Positions 1 to 9,287 of a DNA stretch of 64,000 nt are shown here, in pieces. Below the pieces are notes generated by a model. The model searched no databases and was not told the DNA's origin. It saw only the letters and a list, made by a program, of their open reading frames with translations. Location of the stretch: positions 194,433 through 258,432 of the forward strand of contig CAWHAH010000002.1 in NCBI GenBank assembly GCA_963827205.1. The letters run 5' to 3'. Position numbers and translations under genes: made by a program. The stretch is from an uncultured Verrucomicrobiae bacterium (GTDB taxonomy: Bacteria; Verrucomicrobiota; Verrucomicrobiia; Limisphaerales; UBA11358). The number at the start of each line of letters is the position of its first letter. Position 1 is the stretch's first letter.

Positions 1-163
1 TCCGACGATGTCCCAGTATCAGGCGTTGGCGTGGTGAAGCCGACAAATAGCGCGCGTTCCGAGCGAAACGACGTGGAGTTAGTCCCACCGAGCGACTGGA
101 GAATTCGAGGCGGTTTCTCTTTCTGGTATTCTTCGGGACTGCACTTGGACGACAAAAGGCGCG

Positions 164-907
164 TCAAATTTCGATCACGCCGATTCCAAAACCGCCTAAG
201 TGCGGATTCTCAATGTATTCCCACGTTTTGTAGCGCGACCGGATCTCGCTCCAAAACCGGTCCACGTGGCAGTCCATTTCCGGCGGATGGGCACAAATAT
301 CGTGCAAAACCACCAAACCACCCCGGCGCACAAGCGGTGAATACAATTCGAAATCAGTTTTCACCCCATTGTAAGTGTGGTCTCCGTCAATGAATAGAAA
401 ATCAATTCCATCGGGCGGCAGGATGGCCTTTAAATTGTCACGGGTGCCCGGTTGATGCGAATCCGCACGGAGCAAATGCAACGATTGCTCCGACTGGGCG
501 AAATGACGGTAAACCAGCGTTTTCCAATAAGGATAGCCGCCGCCGTGAATTCCACCTGGTAGATCAATGCTGATGATCACCGCCTTGGGGTCTGCCAGTG
601 CGCACCAGATGGATAAAGTTCCACCGTTGGCCGTGCCGATTTCGACAACCCCGCGCGGCTTCCTTTGCCGGACCAATTCGGCCAACTGGAGGATCTCGGA
701 TCGAACTTGTCCTGGATATATCAGTCTCCCGGGTGTATTGAAACTGAAATCCACAACTTCGGCTGGTGGCGCGCCATGCGGCATACGCGTTACCAAAAAA
801 CGCGGTGCGCAAAGCAGTTGACGAAAATAAAGGAAGATTTTTATCAAGAGCGGCTTGACGCCTTCTTTTCGCAGGGTCTTAATGGTAATCTTTAATTCGT
901 AGATCAT
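164..907 (-). CDS. class I SAM-dependent methyltransferase (Methyltransf_24 / CmcI-like)
   Basis: 247-aa ORF; SAM motif VVEIGTANGG and FLFIDGDH..GGLVVLHD typical of this family. Confidence 0.75.
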   Translation of the reverse strand: MIYELKITIKTLRKEGVKPLLIKIFLYFRQLLCAPRFLVTRMPHGAPPAEVVDFSFNTPGRLIYPGQVRSEILQLAELVRQRKPRGVVEIGTANGGTLSIWCALADPKAVIISIDLPGGIHGGGYPYWKTLVYRHFAQSEQSLHLLRADSHQPGTRDNLKAILPPDGIDFLFIDGDHTYNGVKTDFELYSPLVRRGGLVVLHDICAHPPEMDCHVDRFWSEIRSRYKTWEYIENPHLGGFGIGVIEI

Positions 908-976
908 TTGCAGGTTTTGAAAAAATCTAAATTTGGTAGTCCTTTCCCATCACGTTGCTGGAACCGTTGTCACCTG

Positions 977-1999
977 TCAGGGATGTAATACCGGCGCGAG
1001 TTTTACCTGATCAAAAACAAGGCCTGCGCTTGTCCGATCATCAGGAGTAGTGTTTATGAAACTGACGGTTGCGTCTTGAATGCCGTCAGGCAGGGCGAAT
1101 TTTAATTTGTGGTGGCGGAAACCGAATTTGCCATGAAGTGAGCCAATACTTTTTTGCGTGTAGCTCCGCCGGGTTATTTGTCTCCCGTCAGCGCCGACGA
1201 CCACGTCCCAAGTCGCGCGGGAAGGCGAGTTGGTGCCCGCGTAACTTGCACTGTCGAAATCAAGCCGGTAAAGGCCTGGCTGGGGACAGTTAAATATTTG
1301 TGAAAGAACCGCTCCGGTCGAGCCTTCCCTGCCGAGGCTGGCGGAAAAATACCCGTCCGTGCCAATGGGTCTGTCGGGTTTGTGGCCAACAATTGAACAA
1401 TCGTCATCTGCATTCCACCCATCCCATTTGCGCTCGAAGCTGGAGTTTATAAGGCAATTCCCATCGCGGCGCAGCGGGCGAACACCCGCGTGATCCAATC
1501 CGGTATCCACGTGTAAGCCGCCACCGGGTGTCGTGTCAGTGAAACTGACCGTGGCGGTGGTGGTAGCCGGCCCGGTGTGAAACCTGACCGATCGCGGCAC
1601 AAATCCGAAATTGCCCGCCGGTTGCCCGACATTTTTCTGGGAACAGGACTTTTCTGCGAGCACCGTGTCACCGTCGGCGATTTTAACCTGCCATTGGGTG
1701 ATTTGGGTCAGATCATCACCCGCGTTGCAGACGCTATCAAATGTCAGGAGGTAATCGGTGTCCGGTTCGCAATTGAAAGTCTGTGACAACACCGCGCCGG
1801 CGATGTCACCCCCGCTCAGATCCGCACACACCTGACCGTGTGTGCCAATCGGCTCTGTTCCGGGATGGCCGATGATAAAACAACCGGGAGTTGTTTTCCA
1901 ACCGGCGAAGCCATTTTCAAAGCTGCCATTGACAATTTGCGAAAATGAATCAACAGCAACCACGCAGGCTAACGTCATCGGCAGCCATGTTTTTTTCAT
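977..1999 (-). CDS. secreted protein with two tandem beta-sandwich (DUF642/CBM-like) repeats
   Basis: ORF 977..2101 trimmed to ATG 1999 (MKKTWLPMTLACVVAV signal-like). Two ~150-aa internal repeats share NGSFE/NSSFE, GAVLSQxFNC and ATVSFxxTTP. Confidence 0.6.
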   Translation of the reverse strand: MKKTWLPMTLACVVAVDSFSQIVNGSFENGFAGWKTTPGCFIIGHPGTEPIGTHGQVCADLSGGDIAGAVLSQTFNCEPDTDYLLTFDSVCNAGDDLTQITQWQVKIADGDTVLAEKSCSQKNVGQPAGNFGFVPRSVRFHTGPATTTATVSFTDTTPGGGLHVDTGLDHAGVRPLRRDGNCLINSSFERKWDGWNADDDCSIVGHKPDRPIGTDGYFSASLGREGSTGAVLSQIFNCPQPGLYRLDFDSASYAGTNSPSRATWDVVVGADGRQITRRSYTQKSIGSLHGKFGFRHHKLKFALPDGIQDATVSFINTTPDDRTSAGLVFDQVKLAPVLHP

Positions 2000-2205
2000 A
2001 GGCAGAACATGGAGAAGGATAGACTTCTTAACTTTGGCAGCCAACTGGAAAGAACACGACGGGGTTGCCAACGGGCGCAAAAACAGCCTCTTCCATTCCA
2101 CGCCCGCTCATGTGAAGTTCTGCCTTGTCAAGGCGGCATTGGCTCGCTTGACAAAATCATTGGCAGACCTCCCGCCGTTTGCTAATTTGAACCAAAGCCG
2201 GAATT

Positions 2206-3486
2206 ATGAAGCGTTGGATTTCCCTCGCAACCGCCGGGTTGGTTCTTGGCGCGGCCCCGGAAACGTTCGGGGCGCAAGTCGGGCTGATTAAAATTGACGG
2301 GGCCATCGGCCCGGCCACGGCCAGTTACGTTGGCCGCGCCCTGGAGGTAGCCGCGGCGCAGCACGATGAGTGCCTCATCCTCCAGCTCAACACGCCCGGC
2401 GGCCTGCTGGATTCGGCGTCCGAAATCGTCCGGGATTTCTACGACTCGAAGGTGCCGACGGTGGTTTATGTGGCGCCGGCGCCGGCGCGGGCGGGCAGCG
2501 CCGGCGTGTTCATCACCATGGCGGCCGACGTGGCGGCAATGGCACCCTCCACGCGCATCGGCGCGGCGCATCCGGTGGAATTGGGCACCGGCGGCGAGGT
2601 CGAAAACCCCGGCAAGACGATGGAAACGAAGATCGAGAACGACACGGCCATTTTCGCGAAAACCATCGCCGAGAAACGGCACCGCAACGCCAACTGGGCC
2701 ATGGCCTCCGTGCGCGAAAGCGTTTCCACCAATGCCGAGGCGGCACTTCAGTTGAACGTCATTGACCTGATCGCGAACGACCTGCCCGATTTGCTCAAGA
2801 AACTGGATGGCCGCAAGGTCGGCGACAAAATCCTTCACACCGCCAACGCGACGGTTGTCGAAATTCCCATGAACGCTTGGGAACAGTTTTCCCGCTTGTT
2901 TCTGCGGCCAGAAGTCATGTTCATCCTGATGTTGGTGGTGATTTACGGCTTCATCGGCGAGTTGAGCAGCCCGGGCGCCATCCTGCCGGGCATCGCCGGC
3001 GCCATCGCCCTCCTGCTCGTGCTTTACATGTCGTCCATCCTGCCCGTCAACGTCACCGGACTCGTATTGATCGGGCTGGCGATTACATTGTTCATCGTGG
3101 ACATCTTTGCGCCAACGCACGGTATCTTGACCGCGGGCGGCATCGTGGCTTTTTTCCTCGGCGCGATGATGCTGTTCAGCCAGGCCGGGCCGGGCTTCGG
3201 ATTGTCTCCCGCCTACGTCATTCCGGCGACAATCCTCACGGCGGCGTTTTTCATTTTCGTCGTCGGCAAGGGAATTCGCGCCCAGTTCAGACCCGTCCAG
3301 TCTGGCAAGGAAACGATGCTCGGCCGGACGGTGAAGGCGCTGTCGCGGATTGACTCACAGGGCGGCAAGGTGTTTATCGAAGGCGAAAACTGGAACGCCG
3401 TGAGCGAAACACCGGTGGAAGCCGGGCAACCGGTCGAAGTGACCGGCATCGAAGGCCTGACGTTGAAAGTGAAACCCAAAATGTAG
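2206..3486 (+). CDS. NfeD-family membrane-bound ClpP-class serine protease
   Basis: 426-aa ORF with signal peptide, protease domain (NTPGGLLDSA, GSAGVFI), multiple TM helices and a C-terminal NfeD OB-like domain; lies directly upstream of a stomatin gene. Confidence 0.85.
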   Translation: MKRWISLATAGLVLGAAPETFGAQVGLIKIDGAIGPATASYVGRALEVAAAQHDECLILQLNTPGGLLDSASEIVRDFYDSKVPTVVYVAPAPARAGSAGVFITMAADVAAMAPSTRIGAAHPVELGTGGEVENPGKTMETKIENDTAIFAKTIAEKRHRNANWAMASVRESVSTNAEAALQLNVIDLIANDLPDLLKKLDGRKVGDKILHTANATVVEIPMNAWEQFSRLFLRPEVMFILMLVVIYGFIGELSSPGAILPGIAGAIALLLVLYMSSILPVNVTGLVLIGLAITLFIVDIFAPTHGILTAGGIVAFFLGAMMLFSQAGPGFGLSPAYVIPATILTAAFFIFVVGKGIRAQFRPVQSGKETMLGRTVKALSRIDSQGGKVFIEGENWNAVSETPVEAGQPVEVTGIEGLTLKVKPKM

Positions 3487-3500
3487 AAACGGAGAAAATT

Positions 3501-4274
3501 ATGAACGACCTCATCATTAACATAGTGCACACCCTCGGAGCGTGGGTGGTCATCGCCATCGTGCTGGCAGTCATCATTTTGCCGCAGGCGCTGCGCATCC
3601 TGCGCGAATACGAGCGCGGCGTCATTTTCCGGCTTGGCAAACTGCTCCGCGCCAAGGGGCCGGGGCTGATCTTTCTCATTCCCATCGTGGACAAGATGGT
3701 GCGGATGGATTTGCGCGTCGTGACCATTGACGTTTCCAAGCAGGAAATCATGACCAAGGACAACGTGCCGGCCACGGTGGACGCGGTGGTTTATTTCCGC
3801 GTGATCAACCCGACCGACGCGGTGATCAAGGTGGAAAATTTCTGGAAAGCGACCTCACTCATCGCGCAAACGACGCTGCGCAGCGTGCTCGGCCAGGCGC
3901 CGCTGGACGACTTGCTCTCGCAACGCGACGTGATCAACCAGAAGTTGCAGGAAATCATTGACCGCCAGACCGAGCCGTGGGGCATCAAGGTTACTGCGGT
4001 CGAGGTAAAAGACGTGGCGCTGCCGGACAGCATGAAGCGCGCGATGGCCAAACAGGCCGAGGCCGAGCGCGAACGCCGCGCAAAAATCACCAACGCGGAA
4101 GGCGAATTTCAGGCCGCCGAAAAAATGGTGCAGGCCGCCGCCTTGATCAGCAAGGAACCGATTGCGCTGCAATTGCGCTATCTCCAGACCATGCGCGAAA
4201 TGGCCAGCGAACACAACACGACCACCTTCCTGCCACTGCCAATAGATCTGTTCAGCGCGTTTTTGAAGAAGTAA
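3501..4274 (+). CDS. SPFH/band-7 (stomatin-like, slipin) protein
   Basis: 257-aa ORF with N-terminal TM helix and SPFH core (REYERGVIFRLGK, VDAVVYFRV, AMAKQAEAERERRAKI). Confidence 0.9.
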   Translation: MNDLIINIVHTLGAWVVIAIVLAVIILPQALRILREYERGVIFRLGKLLRAKGPGLIFLIPIVDKMVRMDLRVVTIDVSKQEIMTKDNVPATVDAVVYFRVINPTDAVIKVENFWKATSLIAQTTLRSVLGQAPLDDLLSQRDVINQKLQEIIDRQTEPWGIKVTAVEVKDVALPDSMKRAMAKQAEAERERRAKITNAEGEFQAAEKMVQAAALISKEPIALQLRYLQTMREMASEHNTTTFLPLPIDLFSAFLKK

Positions 4275-4312
4275 AAATCGGCTCCGCAAATTTCGCGCTG
4301 TTTCGGGTTGAG

Positions 4313-4337
4313 CAACCGGGAGTCTCTCCCGGTGTTG
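4313..4337 (+). terminator. candidate stem-loop after the stomatin gene
   Basis: caaCCGGGAGtctCTCCCGGtgttg: 7-bp perfect GC stem, 3-nt loop, weak T tract, 11 nt before the next ATG. Confidence 0.25.
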
Positions 4338-4347
4338 GAATTCCAAT

Positions 4348-5112
4348 ATGAACTCGCGCCGACAGTTTATCCTCGAAGGTTTGAAACAAGCCGGCTGGAT
4401 ATTCGGAGCGTTCTTGTTGTTGGGTGTTATCGGCTGGATTGGCCTATACACCGTCAGGGCATTTCACAATCATGTGGTCTTGGTTTTGTTCGGTTTAACG
4501 ACTGTTTGTAGCGCAAGCGTCTTAATCGGCCCAGTTCCCACGCTACTGAGTTTGTTCGACATTAGCGACAAACAACTTCTAGTATTGTCGTGCGTGCTCA
4601 TAATTCCATATTGGGCTTGTCTTGGAACAATCACCGGACTCCTTCAATGGCCAAATCAAAGTTTAGATGCAAATCAGCAACACAATTTGTCCGCGAGACA
4701 AACAGCAAAACAGATTCGTTGGACAATAGGAATTGCTGCTTTTGTTATCGCAGCTATCTTTTTTGTGAAAGGACCGATCGCCGGACCAAAATACGTCTCG
4801 AACGGTCGTTATTCTGCCGGTGCATTTAAATACGCTGTCATCAATAATCTCCGGCAGGTTGATGCCGCTAAGAACGAATTCATCTTGGAAAAGAATCCAC
4901 CGACCAATTACGTTCCGACGGAAGCCGACTTGACACCTTATATCAAATTGAACGCAGAAGGGAAAATTCCGCATGTTGGACCGGAGCGTTACGTTTTGAA
5001 TCCCTTAAACCAGCCGGTTTATGCCATACTTGATTCGGATTGGAGAATCCGCAGACGCGGCTGGCATGAGGGATTTATGTTTACAAACGGCACTGTTTTC
5101 CAACTTCCTTGA
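4348..5112 (+). CDS. hypothetical membrane protein
   Basis: 254-aa ORF with several hydrophobic helices; no family recognised; visibly AT-richer than its neighbours. Confidence 0.5.
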   Translation: MNSRRQFILEGLKQAGWIFGAFLLLGVIGWIGLYTVRAFHNHVVLVLFGLTTVCSASVLIGPVPTLLSLFDISDKQLLVLSCVLIIPYWACLGTITGLLQWPNQSLDANQQHNLSARQTAKQIRWTIGIAAFVIAAIFFVKGPIAGPKYVSNGRYSAGAFKYAVINNLRQVDAAKNEFILEKNPPTNYVPTEADLTPYIKLNAEGKIPHVGPERYVLNPLNQPVYAILDSDWRIRRRGWHEGFMFTNGTVFQLP

Positions 5113-5165
5113 AATATTTGTAACTTCCTGCAAAATTGATCTTGGATTTTGGTTGAAGCGAAATC

Positions 5166-5411
5166 ATGCCTCTTTACGAATACGAGTTGTGCGAAGGCGA
5201 GTGCAAGGTGTGCGGCGGCAAGTTCACCCTGCGCCGGCCGTTGAGCGCGCCGGAGTTGACGAAATGTCCGGCTTGCAAAAAGCCGGTGCGCAAAATCTTC
5301 TCCGCCTTCAGCACGCCGCACAAGCTCAAGCCGCTCTCCATCACCGACGCCAAAAAAGCCGGGTTTACCGTGCTCAAACGGCTCGGCAAAGGGGAATATG
5401 AGAAACAGTGA
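5166..5411 (+). CDS. FmdB-family zinc-ribbon protein
   Basis: 81-aa ORF starting MPLYEYELC with CKVCG...CPAC (CxxC_CxxC_SSSS signature). Confidence 0.8.
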   Translation: MPLYEYELCEGECKVCGGKFTLRRPLSAPELTKCPACKKPVRKIFSAFSTPHKLKPLSITDAKKAGFTVLKRLGKGEYEKQ

Positions 5412-5488
5412 AAGTGGAAGATTGACAAGAATAAGATAAAACGAATTTTGACGCGGAGTGTCTATTACATTAGCATATCACCCTGACA

Positions 5489-6547
5489 ATGAGTTTTCGT
5501 CGGGCAAATTTCAGAATGCCGCTGTTGGCCAGCGCATTGGCGGCGGTGGTTTTGTCCGCCGCGGCGCAGAAAGACGCGCCGCCCTCGAGCAAGCCCATCA
5601 TTTTTTCCGCGCCTGCGGGGGAGAATGCCGTTTCCAATGCGCCGTTGCTTTTGCCGCGACTTTCAGAGCCGCCGAATTTCGGCAACGAAGTGCGGGCGCC
5701 GGTGTCAATTTTCGACGCCCAAACCCCGGACCTGCCATTGCCCGTTTCCCCACCGGCGCCCGCGCTTTCGCGCGCCGACGTGCGGCGGCTGCAAAAGATG
5801 CTGGATGAGCGGGAAAACTGGGCGCTGCTGACGCCGGAGGAAATTCTTGGTGTGGACACATCCAGGAATACGCTCCGAACGCCGGAGCAGGAAGCCGCCG
5901 ATGATCAAAAAAAACTGACCGTCGTCGGGCGTTTTTTGGAACGACAACAGCAATTGCACACGGCGGCCACCAACGAAAACTATGGCGGCAATTCTTCATC
6001 AGGCTGGGATTTTTCACGGAACCGGGGCGGCGTGACAAACGGCAGTGCATCCGATCCCGGGCGCATCGGGTCGCCGACCGCGGCGCAAATTTTGGATCGG
6101 TTTTTCAATGGCACGTCGGCCAACAATCAGTTCGGGGGACCGGACGGAAACCGAAGCGCGGGCTGGTTCAAATCGCTCGGCCTGCCCCCGCAGCCGGCAC
6201 CGCCAACTCCCGAACAACTGGCGGAGCGGGCCCGGTTCAGCCAATTGCTGGATCCAAGCTCGTACTCCGACACGGGGGCGAAATCCTCGCCGGACGACAA
6301 ATTCCTCTCCGTACTGCAGCCATTGTCGGACACGACACCCAATCAAGAACCGACAGCGAGTCCGGTAGGCGCTTCGTTCGCACCGTTGAGCAGTGGGATT
6401 GGCCGGCCGATGGGTTTGACGCCCTTGCCGGGCATTGCCGGAGCTACCAACTGGCAATCGTCCGCCGCCCCGGCTTGGGCGCCGCAACCGCCTCCGTGGT
6501 TGGTGCAAGCACCTCAGCCTTTCACCATACCACAGCGGAAATTCTGA
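5489..6547 (+). CDS. secreted Pro/Ser/Gly-rich hypothetical protein
   Basis: 352-aa ORF with signal peptide MSFRRANFRMPLLASALAAVVLSAAAQ; low-complexity body. Confidence 0.55.
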   Translation: MSFRRANFRMPLLASALAAVVLSAAAQKDAPPSSKPIIFSAPAGENAVSNAPLLLPRLSEPPNFGNEVRAPVSIFDAQTPDLPLPVSPPAPALSRADVRRLQKMLDERENWALLTPEEILGVDTSRNTLRTPEQEAADDQKKLTVVGRFLERQQQLHTAATNENYGGNSSSGWDFSRNRGGVTNGSASDPGRIGSPTAAQILDRFFNGTSANNQFGGPDGNRSAGWFKSLGLPPQPAPPTPEQLAERARFSQLLDPSSYSDTGAKSSPDDKFLSVLQPLSDTTPNQEPTASPVGASFAPLSSGIGRPMGLTPLPGIAGATNWQSSAAPAWAPQPPPWLVQAPQPFTIPQRKF

Positions 6548-6553
6548 GCGCAG

Positions 6554-8293
6554 TCAGTGCGCCGAGGTAATCAACAAAACCTGTTCCAACGTGGAAACGC
6601 CCTCGCGCGCGCGATCGAGGCCGATCATGCGGAGCGTGCGCATTCCTTGGCTGATGGCGACCTTGGCCATTTCGCGGCTGCTGGCGCGGGCGATGATGAG
6701 TTTGCGAATCTGATCGGTGATGGTCATGGCCTCAATGATCGCGAAGCGGCCGGCATAACCGGAATTCTTGCAGCGCTCGCAGCCGCGTCCCCGGTAAAGT
6801 TGCACGCCGTTGAACATGGCGATGTCAATGCCGAGGTCTTCATACATTTTGGGCGGATACGTCACCGGTTCGCGACAATGCGAACAAACGCGGCGCATGA
6901 GGCGTTGCGCGCAGGCGAGAATCACCGAAGAGGAAATGAGGAAGGGCGCAATGCCCATGTCGTCAAGGCGCGCGATGGCACCCGGCGCGTCGTTGCAGTG
7001 CAGTGTGCTGAGCACCTGGTGGCCGGTGAGCGCCGCTTCAATGGCAATCTCCGCGGTCTCGGTGTCACGGATTTCACCGATCATGATGATGTCCGGGTCC
7101 TGGCGCAGGATGGACCGCAGCGCATTGGCAAAAGTGAGGCCGATTTCCTTTTTGGTCGGCACCTGGTTAATGCCGGGAATTTGATATTCCACAGGGTCCT
7201 CGACCGTAACGATGTTATAAATTGGATTGTTGAGTTCATTCAACGCGGAGTAGAGCGTCGTGGTTTTTCCCGAACCGGTCGGCCCCGTGACCAGAATAAG
7301 TCCGTGCGGCGCGTCAATGGCCGCCTTGAACTGCCGGAAGGTGTCGGGATCCAAACCGAGTTTGTCAACACTCGCGGAGAGAGAGCTCTTGTCGAGGACG
7401 CGGAGAACGATTTTCTCGCCGTGAACGGTGGGCAGGACGGAAACACGCAGGTCGTAATCCTTGCCACTGACACGCACGCGCATGCGACCGTCCTGCGGCA
7501 GGCGGCGCTCGGCGATGTCGAGGCTGCTCATGATTTTGAAGCGCGAGGCGAGCGCCAGTTGCAGTTGTTTGGGTGGCGGCGTCGCGTCCAGCAGCGCGCC
7601 GTCAACGCGATAGCGCAGCCGCATGCTTTTCTCGAACGGCTCCAGATGCACGTCGCTGGCGTGGTCTTTGATGGCTTGGACGATGATGAGGTTTGCGAGC
7701 TTGATAACGGGCACTTCTTCGCTGGAAGCGGCGAGCTTGTCGAGGTTGACCTCTTCGAGAGCTTCCCGGACGGTTTCGATACTATCGGCGTCTGCATCCG
7801 CCTCGCTTTTTTTCTGCGCGTCTTGAATGATGTCTTCCATCGAGCCGCTTTTGGCGGCGTCAAGGGCGTTGAGTTTGTCAATGATGGCCTTTTCGGACGC
7901 GATCAGCGGCGTGATTTCGAGCTTGGTCATCCGCTTCACGTCGTCCAGGGCGAGGACGTTCAACGGGTCGGCCATCGCCAGGAACAATTTGTTTTCCAGC
8001 CTCGAAATGGGAATGACCTTGTGGTTGTGCGCGGTGTCATGCGGCAGCAGTTCAACGATCTCCGGCAGAATGTTCACGCGGGCGATGTTAATCGGCAGGA
8101 CATTGAGCACACGGCCCATCGAAACCGCCAGGTCCTGTTCGCTGACATAGGCTTTATCAACGATGAGCTTGACGAGACGCGCGCCTTCCTTCTTTTGCTG
8201 TTCAAGCAGTTCCTGCACTTGGGCCGCGCTCAACAATCCGTCCTCGACGAGGGCGTCGGCGATGCGTTCTCCGAATGATTTGACTTTGGCCAT
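6554..8293 (-). CDS. GspE/PilB-family type II/IV secretion ATPase with N-terminal MshEN-type domain
   Basis: 579-aa ORF with Walker A GPTGSGKTT, Asp/His boxes, tetracysteine CSHC..CERC and an N-terminal T2SSE_N domain. Confidence 0.9.
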   Translation of the reverse strand: MAKVKSFGERIADALVEDGLLSAAQVQELLEQQKKEGARLVKLIVDKAYVSEQDLAVSMGRVLNVLPINIARVNILPEIVELLPHDTAHNHKVIPISRLENKLFLAMADPLNVLALDDVKRMTKLEITPLIASEKAIIDKLNALDAAKSGSMEDIIQDAQKKSEADADADSIETVREALEEVNLDKLAASSEEVPVIKLANLIIVQAIKDHASDVHLEPFEKSMRLRYRVDGALLDATPPPKQLQLALASRFKIMSSLDIAERRLPQDGRMRVRVSGKDYDLRVSVLPTVHGEKIVLRVLDKSSLSASVDKLGLDPDTFRQFKAAIDAPHGLILVTGPTGSGKTTTLYSALNELNNPIYNIVTVEDPVEYQIPGINQVPTKKEIGLTFANALRSILRQDPDIIMIGEIRDTETAEIAIEAALTGHQVLSTLHCNDAPGAIARLDDMGIAPFLISSSVILACAQRLMRRVCSHCREPVTYPPKMYEDLGIDIAMFNGVQLYRGRGCERCKNSGYAGRFAIIEAMTITDQIRKLIIARASSREMAKVAISQGMRTLRMIGLDRAREGVSTLEQVLLITSAH

Positions 8294-8296
8294 GGC

Positions 8297-9148
8297 TTAA
8301 CGAAACGCTTTGCGGAGGTTCACAATTAATTCCGTCGGCGCGGCCAGATACCACAACAGCCGGTGTGAGGTGGCTTCGGCCAGTTCCTTGGCCGCCTGCT
8401 GGTTGAACGGGTTGGCCGTTGCCACCAGAATCGCCTTGCTCATCCGGTCAAACGGCAGCACGCACCAGCGCCGGCAAACTTCCGCCGGAAAACCCCGCGT
8501 CAAGTCAATGTCCACGTCATAACGATCCAGTGGCATGAACGCCGTGCGCGACTTGTCGCTCAACAGCTTGAGTGATTTTTCAATATGGAACAGGTTTTTT
8601 TCGTGCAGCATGTGGATGAACGGTTCGCACACGTCCGGCAGCGCCACCGTCAAGTCCGGCGTGCGCCAGCACAAGTCAAAATCCCCCGCGCTGATGAGCT
8701 TGCTGTCAACGAAAATCTTTTGCATCGCCTGACGGCCATCATTGATTTCCGCCGCCTCCGCCGTGCGCGCCTTTTTGCGCAGTTTCGTCTCTTCGGCCGG
8801 GGCCGCCAGCGCCGCCGGCTCCACGCCCGCCGCCTCCACCGCCACGTTACTGGCCCGGTCTTCAATTTGCTTGAGCGCCGCCTGCACGTCCGCGTCGTCC
8901 GGGCGGCGTTGCAACACCGTCTCGTATTCCAGGATCGCCGACGAGAGCTGGCCTTGCTGCATGTACGCCTGCGCAATCCGCTTGGACGTGTTGATCACGT
9001 CCTGCTCGCGACCCAGCTTCGAGTAAGCCTCCTTGAGAATTTCCAGTGACTGGCAATCGTTCGGCTGCGATTGCACAATAACCTCGAACATCTCAATCGT
9101 TTGCAATAATTGAGCTTCTTCGCCCTGCGTTTGTGTCAGCGTTGCCAT
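8297..9148 (-). CDS. TPR-repeat protein with C-terminal T2SSE_N-like domain
   Basis: 283-aa ORF ending 3 nt before the ATPase start. N-terminal TPR-like helices; C-terminal ~110 aa (CVLPFDRMSKAILVATANPFN) resembles the GspE N-terminal domain. Confidence 0.65.
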   Translation of the reverse strand: MATLTQTQGEEAQLLQTIEMFEVIVQSQPNDCQSLEILKEAYSKLGREQDVINTSKRIAQAYMQQGQLSSAILEYETVLQRRPDDADVQAALKQIEDRASNVAVEAAGVEPAALAAPAEETKLRKKARTAEAAEINDGRQAMQKIFVDSKLISAGDFDLCWRTPDLTVALPDVCEPFIHMLHEKNLFHIEKSLKLLSDKSRTAFMPLDRYDVDIDLTRGFPAEVCRRWCVLPFDRMSKAILVATANPFNQQAAKELAEATSHRLLWYLAAPTELIVNLRKAFR

Positions 9149-9287
9149 GTTGTTGGATTCCCCCGCGCAGAGGGATTAATAGCAATCTTTGCGCCATTTT
9201 TAGGCGTTTTTTCCTGCAAACTAGCGTTGCTTTCCGCCTGTGTCTGCGGAATCGTAACACCGTCCGGCAGTCAACCCCGGAGTTAAA

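Noticed and set aside
1-156. Minus-strand frame open from a TTG at 156 to the window edge (..EEYQKEKPPRILQSLGG..ERALFVGFTTPTPDTG..).
   Set aside because: Only about 50 codons with a non-ATG start and no recognisable motif. It could be the start of a downstream gene, but the evidence here does not support it.
31-393. 120-aa plus-strand ORF at the left edge.
   Set aside because: It overlaps the well-supported methyltransferase on the other strand, and its composition looks non-protein-like.
2161-2176. Sigma-54-like TGGCAGacctcCCGCC upstream of the NfeD gene.
   Set aside because: Only the GG and GC dinucleotides match. I would expect roughly ten such hits by chance in 64 kb of GC-rich DNA. There is no activator or enhancer motif nearby.
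5120-5146. GTAACTT upstream of the FmdB-like gene, a possible sixth ECF promoter.
   Set aside because: The -35-like heptamer is present, but 13 nt downstream reads tcttgg rather than GGYTCA. The -10 box is missing, so I did not count it.
6557-8278. 573-aa ORF antisense to the PilB-type ATPase. Similar long antisense or overlapping ORFs occur at 2182..3120, 13206..14444, 21254..21709, 26557..27525, 38550..39866, 48322..49317 (5-prime part), 49327..50505, 53954..54913, 58233..59429 and 60671..61702.
   Set aside because: These are shadow ORFs typical of GC-rich DNA. Their translations are Arg/Gly/Ala/His-rich low-complexity sequence with no motifs, while the opposite or other frame carries clear family signatures.
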